NCBI RefSeq assembly: GCF_056712565.1
Contig: NZ_CM160072.1
DNA: 64,000 nucleotides
Direction: 5' to 3' (one strand)
A program made the translations under genes and the position numbers. Positions 34,111 through 44,247 of this stretch are shown here, in pieces. The notes below the pieces were generated by a model. It made no database searches, was not told where the DNA came from, and was given only the letters and a program-made list of their open reading frames with translations. How positions within the stretch are numbered: position 1 is the stretch's first letter; each line of letters starts with the position of its first letter.

Positions 34111-36381
34111 TTACGCTTTCACACACATAACGTGGTAAATACCGTCAATAATTTCTGTCCCTTCTGTTTCGTGTTCAAATCCAGGGAAATGATGGTCCCA
34201 GGATTGCAGCGAGCGTAAATAACTTACTTGCGGACTGTTTTTATCGCCGAAGTTTTCACCAGACAGCAGCATCGGGATTCCTGGCGGATACGGGATAACT
34301 GAGTTTGCCGCGATACGTCCTGGCAGATTTTCAATGGATACCAGTTCGACATTGTTGTCGACAATCGCGTTGTACGCTTCACGCGGGGTGATTTCCGCCA
34401 CCGGTAGGCCGGAATAGGCTTCATTCAACCGTGCGCCAGGGTTGTTTTCTTTCAGCCAGGCAAACATGGTGTCACCCAGATCGTGAATCCCTATGTTCGC
34501 GTAAGTGTCAGGATATTGTTCAACAAGTTCCGGCATCACCTGCGCCAGCGGTGTGTTGGCATCATAGTGGCGTTTGAAGGAGCAAAGGGTGTTAACCAGA
34601 GTCCCCCATTTCCCACGGGTCACGCCCATAGAGAACAGGAACATAATCTGGAAGTCAGTGGTACGGGTAGGCACAATGCCGTGGCGACCAAGCCAGGCTG
34701 TGACCAGCGCCGCCGGAACACCGGTTTCTTCCAGTTCACCATCTTCACCCATTCCCGGAGCAAGGATGCTGACTTTAATCGGGTCGAGCATACTCCAGTT
34801 ATCCGGAATATCTTTGAAGCCGTGCCAGCTTTCGCCCGGATGCATGACCCAGCAGTCCTGAACGGTGGTCAGCAGTTTGGTTGGTGCGTCAGCAAAGTCA
34901 TAGGTTTTGCCGGTTTGTGGGTCGGTGACGACTTCTTTGTTCCACGGTTTGAAGAACCAGCTACCGTCAGCGGTGAACTCTTTATACAGCCGCGCCATCG
35001 CCTGACGGAAATCAACCGCTTCGTCGATCACTTCCTGGGTCAGTGACAGGCCGCTGTTGCCGTCCATCATCGACACTGCCACGTCGTTGGATGCGCAGAT
35101 GGCATACAGCGGGGAGGTGGTGGCATGCATCATGTAGGCCTGGTTGAAGCGGGAGAAGTTAATCGCCCCACGACCTTCACGTACATGAATATAAGAGGCC
35201 TGGGACAGCGCATTCAGCAGTTTGTGGGTGGAGTGGGTGGCGAAAACGGTAGGACCGTTGTGATCGCCAGGTTCGCCGCGCATGGCATAGTGATCGGCAT
35301 AGATCGGGTTGAAACGTGCATAGCCGTACCAGGCTTCGTCAAAGTGCAGACGATCGGAGGTTTTTTCCAGCAGATCCTGCGCTTCTTTAGCGTTATAACA
35401 CACGCCGTCATAGGTACAGTTGGTCACCACGCAGTAAGACGGTTTTTGCCCGACTTTGTCTTTGGTCAGCGGGCTTTCACTGATTTTCTTCTGCAAGGTT
35501 TCAGGTTGCATTTCCTGCGGATAGATTGGCCCGATAATGCCGTAGCGGTTGCGGCTTGGCACCATGTAGACCGGTTTCGCGCCTGTCAGCATCAAGCCTT
35601 GTTCGATGGATTTATGGCAGTTACGGTCAACGACCACGACATCGTTATCGGTCATGCAAGCCTGCATGATGGTGCGGTTAGAGCCGGAAGTACCGACGAC
35701 TACCGACCAGGAGCGATCGGCACCAAATACGCGTGCGGCATATCTTTCGCTTTCGCCAAATGCGCCAGTATGGTCAAGCAAAGAACCGAGGGAAGTGCGT
35801 TCGATGCCCATGTCGGTGCGGAACAGATTTTCACCATAGTAGTCATGGTAGAAACGTCCGGCGGGTGTTTTGGTAAAACCAACGCCGCCCTGGTGGCCTG
35901 GCGCTGCCCAGGAATATTCATGGATGTCGCTATATTTCATCAGCGCGCTGAACAGTGGCGGCAATAGCTGCTGGCGGTAGCGGGTCATCGCGGCAACGGC
36001 GCGTCCGGCGATAAAGTCGGCAGTATCTTCCAGAATCCAGGCGAATTCATCGACAAGCTCCAGCAGGTCGCGATCCATTGCGGCGAGGGCTTTTTCCCGA
36101 TCGCCCAACAGGAAGACCGGCACGTTTTGTTGGCGCTCATGAAGCTTACCGATCAATTGTCTGACGTTTTGATGTTCGTCCGGATGTTCCATTTGATAGC
36201 TGAACATCAGGCAGTCAATGGCTTCGTTTGAAGAGAGAATGGCAAAACCATCATCAAAGGAGGTGGATTTAATCACGGTAACATTTTGCTGGCTTAAAGC
36301 ATCTGCCAGACGCTCAACGGCGTTACCGACCCAGGTGTCTTGATGGAGAAACTCGCTTTCAACAATTAATACTTTCATCAT
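34111..36381 (-). CDS. adiA: Biodegradative arginine decarboxylase AdiA
   Basis: 756-aa ORF; fold-III PLP decarboxylase (STHKLL), same family as CadA. Confidence 0.93.
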   Translation of the reverse strand: MMKVLIVESEFLHQDTWVGNAVERLADALSQQNVTVIKSTSFDDGFAILSSNEAIDCLMFSYQMEHPDEHQNVRQLIGKLHERQQNVPVFLLGDREKALAAMDRDLLELVDEFAWILEDTADFIAGRAVAAMTRYRQQLLPPLFSALMKYSDIHEYSWAAPGHQGGVGFTKTPAGRFYHDYYGENLFRTDMGIERTSLGSLLDHTGAFGESERYAARVFGADRSWSVVVGTSGSNRTIMQACMTDNDVVVVDRNCHKSIEQGLMLTGAKPVYMVPSRNRYGIIGPIYPQEMQPETLQKKISESPLTKDKVGQKPSYCVVTNCTYDGVCYNAKEAQDLLEKTSDRLHFDEAWYGYARFNPIYADHYAMRGEPGDHNGPTVFATHSTHKLLNALSQASYIHVREGRGAINFSRFNQAYMMHATTSPLYAICASNDVAVSMMDGNSGLSLTQEVIDEAVDFRQAMARLYKEFTADGSWFFKPWNKEVVTDPQTGKTYDFADAPTKLLTTVQDCWVMHPGESWHGFKDIPDNWSMLDPIKVSILAPGMGEDGELEETGVPAALVTAWLGRHGIVPTRTTDFQIMFLFSMGVTRGKWGTLVNTLCSFKRHYDANTPLAQVMPELVEQYPDTYANIGIHDLGDTMFAWLKENNPGARLNEAYSGLPVAEITPREAYNAIVDNNVELVSIENLPGRIAANSVIPYPPGIPMLLSGENFGDKNSPQVSYLRSLQSWDHHFPGFEHETEGTEIIDGIYHVMCVKA

Positions 36382-36576
36382 TGCTTACCCGGTTATGAAG
36401 GAATCTTCGTTGCGGGCAAGTATCTTCCGGCCTTTTCGGGCTGTAAAGCGCGTGAAAAACAAACATTTTTGAAATATTTATTTTTATAAACAACACGTTA
36501 TGTGATTATTTTAAATTATTTTCACTGCTTATTATCGACGGCTAAACTATTTTTTTGGCTGATACTGATATCGTCT

Positions 36577-37485
36577 TTAGCCGGGAAACGTCTGGCGGCG
36601 CTGTTGGCTAAGTTTGCGGTATTGTTGCGGCGACATGCCGACATATTTGCCGAACGTGCTGTAAAAACGGCTACTCGAACGAAAGCCTGCCGTCAGGGCA
36701 ATATCGAGAATACTTTTATCGGTATCGCTCAGTAACGCGCGAACGTGGTTGATGCGCATCGCGGTAATGTACTGTTTCATCGTCAATTGCATGACCCGCT
36801 GGAATATCCCCATTGCATAGTTGGCGTTAAGTTTGACGTGCTCAGCCACATCGTTGATGGTCAGCGCCTGATCATAGTTTTCGGCAATAAAGCCCAGCAT
36901 CTGGCTGACATAAAATTGCGCATGGCGCGAGACGCTGTTTTTGTGTGTGCGCGAGGTTTTATTGACCAGAATCGGTTCCCAGCCAGAGAGGCTAAATCGC
37001 TTGAGCATCAGGCCAATTTCATCAATGGCGAGCTGGCGAATTTGCTCGTTCTGACTGTTTAATTCCTGCTGCCAGCGGCGCACTTCAAACGGGCTAAGTT
37101 GCTGTGTCGCCAGTGATTTGATCACCATGCCGTGAGTGACGTGGTTAATCAGGTCTTTATCCAGCGGCCAGGAGAGAAACAGATGCATCGGCAGATTAAA
37201 AATCGCCATGCTCTGACAGGTTCCGGTATCTGTTAGTTGGTGCGGTGTACAGGCCCAGAACAGCGTGATATGACCCTGATTGATATTCACTTTTTCATTG
37301 TTGATCAGGTATTCCACATCGCCATCGAAAGGCACATTCACTTCGACCTGACCATGCCAGTGGCTGGTGGGCATGATATGCGGTGCGCGAAACTCAATTT
37401 CCATCCGCTGGTATTCTGAATACAGCGACAGTGGGCTACGGGTCTGCTTTTCGTCGCTGCTGCACATAAACGTATCTGTATTCAT
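36577..37485 (-). CDS. melR: AraC-family melibiose operon activator MelR
   Basis: 302-aa ORF; divergent from melA. Confidence 0.92.
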   Translation of the reverse strand: MNTDTFMCSSDEKQTRSPLSLYSEYQRMEIEFRAPHIMPTSHWHGQVEVNVPFDGDVEYLINNEKVNINQGHITLFWACTPHQLTDTGTCQSMAIFNLPMHLFLSWPLDKDLINHVTHGMVIKSLATQQLSPFEVRRWQQELNSQNEQIRQLAIDEIGLMLKRFSLSGWEPILVNKTSRTHKNSVSRHAQFYVSQMLGFIAENYDQALTINDVAEHVKLNANYAMGIFQRVMQLTMKQYITAMRINHVRALLSDTDKSILDIALTAGFRSSSRFYSTFGKYVGMSPQQYRKLSQQRRQTFPG

Positions 37486-37767
37486 GGATGACTCTCTTTC
37501 CTGGAATATCAGAATTATGGCAGGAGTGAGGGAGGATGACTGCGAACAGGCGCACGGTTTTATTCCTCTCCCTGGAGGTGCGAGGAGAGCGGATGAGAAG
37601 ATTTGGGTCGATTATTCAGCTTTTCAGGTAATTTATTCCCATAAACTCAGATCTATTGATGTGCCACTTAGGATCTGAGTTTTCGGGAATGCTCAACCGG
37701 GAAACCGGAGGTTTTCTGCGATATCGCCTGCCATGATGAAGTTATTCAAGCAAGCCAGGAGATCTGC
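37486..37767. promoter_or_regulatory. melR-melA divergent promoter region
   Basis: 282-bp intergenic region between divergent melR and melA; individual sites not mapped here. Confidence 0.5.
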
Positions 37768-39123
37768 ATGATGTCTGCACCCAAAATTACATTTATCGGC
37801 GCTGGTTCGACGATTTTCGTTAAAAATATTCTTGGTGATGTGTTCCATCGAGAGGCGCTGAAAACGGCGCATATTGCCCTGATGGATATCGATCCCACCC
37901 GCCTGGAAGAGTCGCACATTGTGGTGCGTAAGCTGATGGATTCAGCAGGGGCCAGCGGCAAAATCACCTGCCACACCCAACAGAAAGAAGCCTTACAGGA
38001 TGCTGATTTTGTGGTGGTGGCATTTCAGATTGGCGGTTATGAACCTTGCACGGTGACTGATTTCGAGGTCTGTAAGCGGCATGGTCTGGAACAAACCATT
38101 GCCGATACGCTGGGGCCGGGCGGCATTATGCGTGCGCTACGTACCATTCCGCACCTGTGGCAGATTTGCGAGGACATGACGGAAGTCTGCCCCGATGCCA
38201 CCATGCTCAACTACGTTAATCCAATGGCGATGAATACCTGGGCGATGTATGCCCGCTATCCGCATATCAAGCAGGTAGGGCTGTGCCATTCGGTGCAGGG
38301 AACGGCGGAAGAGCTGGCGCGTGACCTCAATATCGACCCGGCTACGCTGCGTTACCGTTGCGCAGGTATCAACCATATGGCGTTTTACCTGGAACTGGAG
38401 CGCAAAACCGCCGACGGCAGTTACGTGAATCTCTACCCGGAACTGCTGGCGGCTTATGAAGCAGGGCAGGCACCGAAGCCAAATATTCATGGTAATACTC
38501 GCTGCCAGAATATTGTGCGTTACGAAATGTTCAAAAAGCTGGGCTACTTCGTCACAGAATCGTCAGAACATTTTGCTGAGTACACACCGTGGTTTATTAA
38601 GCCAGGTCGTGAGGATTTGATTGAGCGTTATAAAGTACCGCTGGATGAGTACCCGAAACGCTGCGTCGAGCAGCTGGCGAACTGGCATAAAGAGCTGGAG
38701 GAGTATAAAAACGCCTCCCGGATTGATATTAAACCGTCACGGGAATATGCCAGCACAATCATGAACGCTATCTGGACTGGCGAGCCGAGTGTGATTTATG
38801 GCAATGTCCGTAACGATGGCTTGATTGATAACCTGCCACAAGGATGTTGCGTGGAAGTGGCCTGTCTGGTTGATGCTAATGGCATTCAGCCGACCAAAGC
38901 CGGTACGCTACCTTCGCATCTGGCCGCCCTGATGCAAACCAACATCAACGTACAGACGCTGCTGACAGAAGCTATTCTTACGGAAAATCGCGACCGTGTT
39001 TACCACGCCGCGATGATGGACCCGCATACTGCCGCCGTGCTGGGCATTGACGAAATATATGCTCTTGTTGACGACCTGATTGCCGCCCACGGCGACTGGC
39101 TGCCAGGCTGGTTGCACCGTTAA
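37768..39123 (+). CDS. melA: Alpha-galactosidase MelA (GH4, NAD/Mn-dependent)
   Basis: 451-aa ORF MMSAPKITFIGAGSTIFVKNILGDV..., Rossmann GAGS motif. Confidence 0.93.
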   Translation: MMSAPKITFIGAGSTIFVKNILGDVFHREALKTAHIALMDIDPTRLEESHIVVRKLMDSAGASGKITCHTQQKEALQDADFVVVAFQIGGYEPCTVTDFEVCKRHGLEQTIADTLGPGGIMRALRTIPHLWQICEDMTEVCPDATMLNYVNPMAMNTWAMYARYPHIKQVGLCHSVQGTAEELARDLNIDPATLRYRCAGINHMAFYLELERKTADGSYVNLYPELLAAYEAGQAPKPNIHGNTRCQNIVRYEMFKKLGYFVTESSEHFAEYTPWFIKPGREDLIERYKVPLDEYPKRCVEQLANWHKELEEYKNASRIDIKPSREYASTIMNAIWTGEPSVIYGNVRNDGLIDNLPQGCCVEVACLVDANGIQPTKAGTLPSHLAALMQTNINVQTLLTEAILTENRDRVYHAAMMDPHTAAVLGIDEIYALVDDLIAAHGDWLPGWLHR

Positions 39124-39770
39124 GGGGTAATCGCTTCCGGCGCTCTGGTGATTAAGCCAAAGCGCCGTAGCTGGCGGCAATGAAAGCGGGCGAGGAATAT
39201 CACCGTCGTTAATGCGCCCAGTAGTGCGCAGAACATATCGGATTGCGTATCCCACGGGTCGCCTTGAGTACCGAGAAAATCATCTGCGCCCTGGCCCATT
39301 GCCAGCGCTGCCCACCACTCGATTAACTCATACATCGCGCTTATCGCCAGCGCGACACAACAGACCAGAAACGCCACCATTTTACGCCCGCGAACGTACA
39401 TCCCGCGCACGAGGATCTCTCGTGCCACCAGTGCAGGCACCAGCCCCTGGAAAAAATGCCCCAGTTTATCATACGGATTACGGCTCAACCCCAGCCATTC
39501 CTGCACCTCAAAACCAACGGGGACTTTCGCGTAGGTGTATTGCCCGCCGACCATCAGGATGATGGCGTGAAAGAAAATGAGCGTATAGAGCAGCGGCGTT
39601 AACGGGTAACGTTTAGCGGTGGCAAGCAGTAGCGGCACGACAATAATCACCGGTGTCACTTCCATCAGCCAGGTGAGTTTGTCATGGGCCGAAATGCCGG
39701 TATAAATCAGGATTAACGTTAGCGCCAGTGCGCCGGTGTTAAGAATTAACGGCTTGAGTGTGCGGGTCAT
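39120..39770 (-). CDS. yjdF: Inner membrane protein YjdF
   Basis: 216-aa hydrophobic ORF; its stop codon overlaps the melA stop; true start may be a few codons downstream. Confidence 0.8.
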   Translation of the reverse strand: MTRTLKPLILNTGALALTLILIYTGISAHDKLTWLMEVTPVIIVVPLLLATAKRYPLTPLLYTLIFFHAIILMVGGQYTYAKVPVGFEVQEWLGLSRNPYDKLGHFFQGLVPALVAREILVRGMYVRGRKMVAFLVCCVALAISAMYELIEWWAALAMGQGADDFLGTQGDPWDTQSDMFCALLGALTTVIFLARFHCRQLRRFGLITRAPEAITP

Positions 39771-39856
39771 GGTGAGTTCGCAAGTCAGGGAAAATACTGA
39801 CTATTGACCAGTAAGCGTGAAATTACAATCGCAAAAGAGGTGGCCCAGGGGGATCA

Positions 39857-39876
39857 CCTGGCAGCATGCTGCCAGG
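39857..39876 (-). terminator. Perfect 20-bp palindrome downstream of fumB, probable terminator
   Basis: cctggcagcatgctgccagg, 17 nt after the fumB stop. Confidence 0.45.
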
Positions 39877-39892
39877 CGCTGGGCCGAAGAGG

Positions 39893-41539
39893 TTACTTAG
39901 TGCAGTTCGCGCACTGTTTGTTGACGATCTGCTGGAAGAAGTCGTTACCTTTGTCATCGACCAGGATAAACGCCGGGAAATCTTCTACTTCGATTTTCCA
40001 GATAGCTTCCATACCCAGCTCCGGATAAGCGACGCATTCCAGATGCTTGATGCTCTGCTGCGCCAGTACCGCCGCCGGACCGCCGATGCTACCGAGGTAG
40101 AAGCCGCCGTGTTTATGGCACGCGTCGGTAACCTGCTGGCTGCGGTTACCTTTCGCCAGCATGATCATGCTGCCGCCGTGGGATTGCAGCAGATCCACGT
40201 AGGAGTCCATACGACCTGCGGTGGTTGGGCCAAGTGAACCTGATGGATAACCGGCAGGCGTTTTCGCCGGACCCGCGTAGTAGATCGGGTGATCTTTGAT
40301 GTACTGCGGCAGTTCTTTACCGGCGTCAATCAGCTCTTTCAGCTTGGCGTGTGCAATATCGCGACCCACGATAATGGTGCCGGTGAGCGACAAGCGGGTG
40401 GATACCGGGTATTGCGAAAGCTGGGCAAGGATCTCTTTCATCGGGCGGTTAAGGTCGACTTTCACTGCTTCGCCTTCACCTGCCTGACGCAGTTCTTCTG
40501 GAATGTACTGGCCTGGATTGTGTTCCAGTTTTTCGATCCAGATACCTTCGCGGTTGATTTTCGCTTTAATGTTACGGTCAGCGGAGCAGGAGACTCCCAT
40601 GCCTACCGGGCAGGATGCGCCGTGACGTGGCAGACGGATAACGCGGATGTCGTGCGCGAAGTATTTACCGCCAAACTGCGCGCCAAGACCGAGTTTCTGG
40701 GCCTCTTCCAGCAGTTCCTGTTCCAGCTGGATATCGCGGAACGCCTGACCATGTTCGTTCCCTTCCGTCGGCAGTTCATCGTAATAGTGAGCGCTTGCTA
40801 ACTTGACGGTTTTCAGGTTGGTTTCCGCAGACGTACCGCCAATCACAAACGCGATATGGTACGGCGGGCAGGCTGCAGTACCGAGGGTACGCATTTTCTC
40901 GACGAGGAAGTTTTTCAGTTTGCCGGGCGTCAGCAGGGCTTTGGTTTCCTGGTAGAGATACGTTTTGTTGGCAGAGCCGCCGCCTTTAGCGACACAGAGG
41001 AATTTGTACTCATCGCCATCTACCGCGTACAGGTCGATTTGCGCAGGCAGGTTCGTGCCGGTGTTGACCTCTTTATACATGTCCAGCGGCGCGTTCTGTG
41101 AATAGCGCAGGTTATCTTCGATATAGGTGTTATAGACGCCTTTCGACAGCGCTTCTTCATCACCGCCACCGGTCCACACGCGCTGACCTTTTTTACCGAC
41201 GATGATCGCGGTGCCGGTATCCTGGCAGGTCGGCAGCACGCCTTTAGCGGCGATTTCGGAGTTTCTTAAGAATTGCAGCGCCACGTACTTGTCGTTTTCG
41301 CTGGCTTCTGGATCGTGAAGAATAGCCGCAACCTGTTTCTGGTGTGCCGGGCGGAGCATGAAAGAAGCGTCGTGAAAGGCTTGCTGCGCCAGCAGGGTCA
41401 GGGCTTCTGGTTCCACTTTCAGGATGGTTTCGCCGTCGAAGTCGGCAACGCTAACGTAATCAGAAGTGAGTAGATAGTATTCGGTATTGTCTTTCCCCAT
41501 CGGGAAAGGTGCCTGGTAGATAAAGGGTTTGTTTGACAT
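39893..41539 (-). CDS. fumB: Class I fumarate hydratase FumB (Fe-S, anaerobic)
   Basis: 548-aa [27 protein letters not shown]... Confidence 0.93.
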   Translation of the reverse strand: MSNKPFIYQAPFPMGKDNTEYYLLTSDYVSVADFDGETILKVEPEALTLLAQQAFHDASFMLRPAHQKQVAAILHDPEASENDKYVALQFLRNSEIAAKGVLPTCQDTGTAIIVGKKGQRVWTGGGDEEALSKGVYNTYIEDNLRYSQNAPLDMYKEVNTGTNLPAQIDLYAVDGDEYKFLCVAKGGGSANKTYLYQETKALLTPGKLKNFLVEKMRTLGTAACPPYHIAFVIGGTSAETNLKTVKLASAHYYDELPTEGNEHGQAFRDIQLEQELLEEAQKLGLGAQFGGKYFAHDIRVIRLPRHGASCPVGMGVSCSADRNIKAKINREGIWIEKLEHNPGQYIPEELRQAGEGEAVKVDLNRPMKEILAQLSQYPVSTRLSLTGTIIVGRDIAHAKLKELIDAGKELPQYIKDHPIYYAGPAKTPAGYPSGSLGPTTAGRMDSYVDLLQSHGGSMIMLAKGNRSQQVTDACHKHGGFYLGSIGGPAAVLAQQSIKHLECVAYPELGMEAIWKIEVEDFPAFILVDDKGNDFFQQIVNKQCANCTK

Positions 41540-41616
41540 AGCTTCCAGCCTGTAACTCTGTATTTGTTATTCGAAAATGGCGTGCCGCGTAGTCACGGGC
41601 GGCACGCAAAGTGCAT

Positions 41617-42957
41617 TTATAAGAACCCGTACATCGCGGCGAAGATCCAGCCGAAGACGCACGATACGCTCACACCAATCAACCCCGGCAGAATAAAGCT
41701 GTGGTTGATGACGAAGCGACCGATGTGGGTGGTGCCGGAACGGTCAAACTGAATCGCTGCCAGATCGCTCGGATAAGTCGGCAGGATGTAATAACCGTAG
41801 CAAGCCGGTGCTGAAGCCACGATGTATGCCGGATCAACGCCGATCGCCAGCGCGACCGGAACAATCGCCGCCAGCGCCGCAGCCTGAGAGTTTACAAACT
41901 TGGAAACCAGCAGCAGAACAATGGCATAGGCCCACGGATACTCTTTCACCATTTCACCCAGTACGCCCTGAATTTCAGACATATGCGCACCGAACATGGT
42001 TTCAGCCATCCATGCGATACCGTACACCGCCACGATGGCGATCATACCGGAACGGAAGACTTCGTTTTTTGAGATAGACGCGGGATTGGTTTTGGTCAGG
42101 ATAATAATCAGCGCCCCGGTCAGCAGCATAAACATCTGAATAACCAGTACCATCGACAGCGGTTTGCCGCCGAAGGATGGACGCAGGTCCGAATCAGCAC
42201 CAAGAAGGGCGACTACAGCGATTGCCCCGAGGAAGATCCACATTGCCAGCCAGTTGCTTTTCGGCAGTTTTTTATCCAGCAGCGTCGCGGTATCACCGTA
42301 AACATACTCACGGTTTTCCGGTACGGAGATGAATTTTTGGAACTCTTCGTCTTTATCCAGATCTTTACCGCGGAACCAGCTGAAGATACCGATCGCCAGG
42401 ATACCGATTAACGTCGATGGAATGGTGATTGCCAGCAGGTCGAGGAACTCAAGATGGCGACCATCAAAGGTGACATTACCCAGCATCGCAACCAAAGATA
42501 CGACCGCAACCGACACCGGACTGGCGATAATCCCCATCTGTGCACCGATAGAACTTGCCGCCATCGGACGTTCCGGACGGATGTTGTTCTTAATAGCAAC
42601 GTCGTAGATGATCGGCAGAATGGTGTAAACCACATGACCCGTACCGCAAAGAATGGTCAGCGTACAGGTCACAAACGGCGCGACAATTGAGACATATTTC
42701 GGGTTGCGACGCAGCAGCTTCTCGGCAATTTGCAGCATGACATCAAGACCGCCCGAAGCTTGCAAGGTCGCCGATGCCGCCACCACCGCAATGATAACCA
42801 GCATGACATCAACCGGTGGTTTACCTGGCTGAAGGTGGAAGACGAAGACCAGAATGACCAGACCGATACCGCCTAATAAACCCAGCGCGATACCCCCCTT
42901 TCTGGCACCATAAAACAGACATATCAGTATTATGATAAGTTGGATAGTAAATAACAT
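41617..42957 (-). CDS. dcuB: Anaerobic C4-dicarboxylate transporter DcuB
   Basis: 446-aa polytopic membrane ORF. Confidence 0.93.
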
Positions 42958-43527
42958 GTGTGAACCCTCGCGATAATCCTATTTAAATTTTTGCTGAATA
43001 GATCACAGTCACGTTCTGTTTTGTATGAACTGTTTTCAGAGCCTGACTAAATATCCGTTTGGTCGTTACCGGCTTGAGCAAATACCTCACAGTGAATATT
43101 GGCTGATTAAAGCAGCGGCAAATTTATGCACTGTGATAAGCGGCTTTTTCAGAGAGAAAGACTCTCTGGCGATGGGTTTATAGTTTGTACAGCGCAGATG
43201 TTAATGTTTTGTTTGCTGTTATCTTATTGATATTTATCGGTCTGTTTTTTGTTCTCAGGGCAGGTATCATTAGGTTTATAGATTAATCTGATCTACCCAT
43301 TTGTGGGTAAAAATACACATAATGTGGGTGACATAATAGTTAATTAACTTTTGTTAGCGTTTTGAAATTAAAAACACCGTTCATCTGAAGAGATATTAAT
43401 TTTTAGCGATGATGGAGGGATAATTATATTTGATCTGGCACAAGTTTTACTGATGAACGATGTAACTTGTGCCAGGGGGATTTTGCATTACGGTAATAAT
43501 TATTACTTACAGATAACCAGCGATCCG
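42958..43527 (-). promoter_or_regulatory. Long AT-rich dcuB upstream regulatory region
   Basis: 570-bp AT-rich non-coding stretch between dcuR stop and dcuB start; individual sites not mapped here. Confidence 0.5.
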
Positions 43528-44247
43528 TTATTGGCAATATTGTTTCAGTAGTGAGTAGTGTTCTGCCTGAATACGGTAACGGTAAACCGGACGCCCCGTG
43601 ACGCCATAATGGATACTGGTGAACAATATGTGGCAGTTGACCAGCCAGATAAGGTATTTACGGCAGGAAACACGCGAGATGTTAACCTCGTTAGCCAGCT
43701 CGTCGGTTGAAAACTCATAGTCCTGATGCGCGTCAATCCACTGGCACAGCGTGCGTAACGTCTGCGGCGTTAAGCCTTTTGGCAAGCGACGAGGATCCTG
43801 CTCGTTGGAGCTGCTGCCGTGGATTAGCTGATCAAGCTCGGCCTGGTCATAATACTGATGTTTTTCCAGCGCCATTTTCTTTTGCCGCCAGCCGGTGAGC
43901 GCCTCTTCAAAGCGGGAAGCCTGGAAGGGTTTGATCAGGTAATCCACAACACCGTAATGCAGCGAATCTTTAATGGTTACTGCATCGGCAGCGGAGGAGA
44001 TGACAATCACATCACTTTTGCAACGCGCGTTATGCAGGACAGGCAGTAAATCGAGCCCGTTCTCTTTTTGCATATAGATATCTAGCAATATCAGGTCGAT
44101 AGGCGTATCGCTATTGAAGATAATCTCTTTGGCTTTCTCCAGCGTCGAAGCCGTTCCACAGCATTGAAAGCCCGGGATTTGTGCCACGTATCGGCGATTC
44201 AGCTCCGCGACCATTGCGTCGTCATCGATAATTAATACATTGATCAT
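43528..44247 (-). CDS. dcuR: Response regulator DcuR (CitB family)
   Basis: 239-aa ORF MINVLIIDDDAMVAELNRRY... Confidence 0.93.
   Translation of the reverse strand: MINVLIIDDDAMVAELNRRYVAQIPGFQCCGTASTLEKAKEIIFNSDTPIDLILLDIYMQKENGLDLLPVLHNARCKSDVIVISSAADAVTIKDSLHYGVVDYLIKPFQASRFEEALTGWRQKKMALEKHQYYDQAELDQLIHGSSSNEQDPRRLPKGLTPQTLRTLCQWIDAHQDYEFSTDELANEVNISRVSCRKYLIWLVNCHILFTSIHYGVTGRPVYRYRIQAEHYSLLKQYCQ

Noticed and set aside
39120-39123. Whether the melA/yjdF stop overlap could be an engineered scarless deletion
   Set aside because: Sequence alone cannot distinguish engineered from natural deletion; no vector, FRT or loxP scar is present, so I report only the absence of melB.
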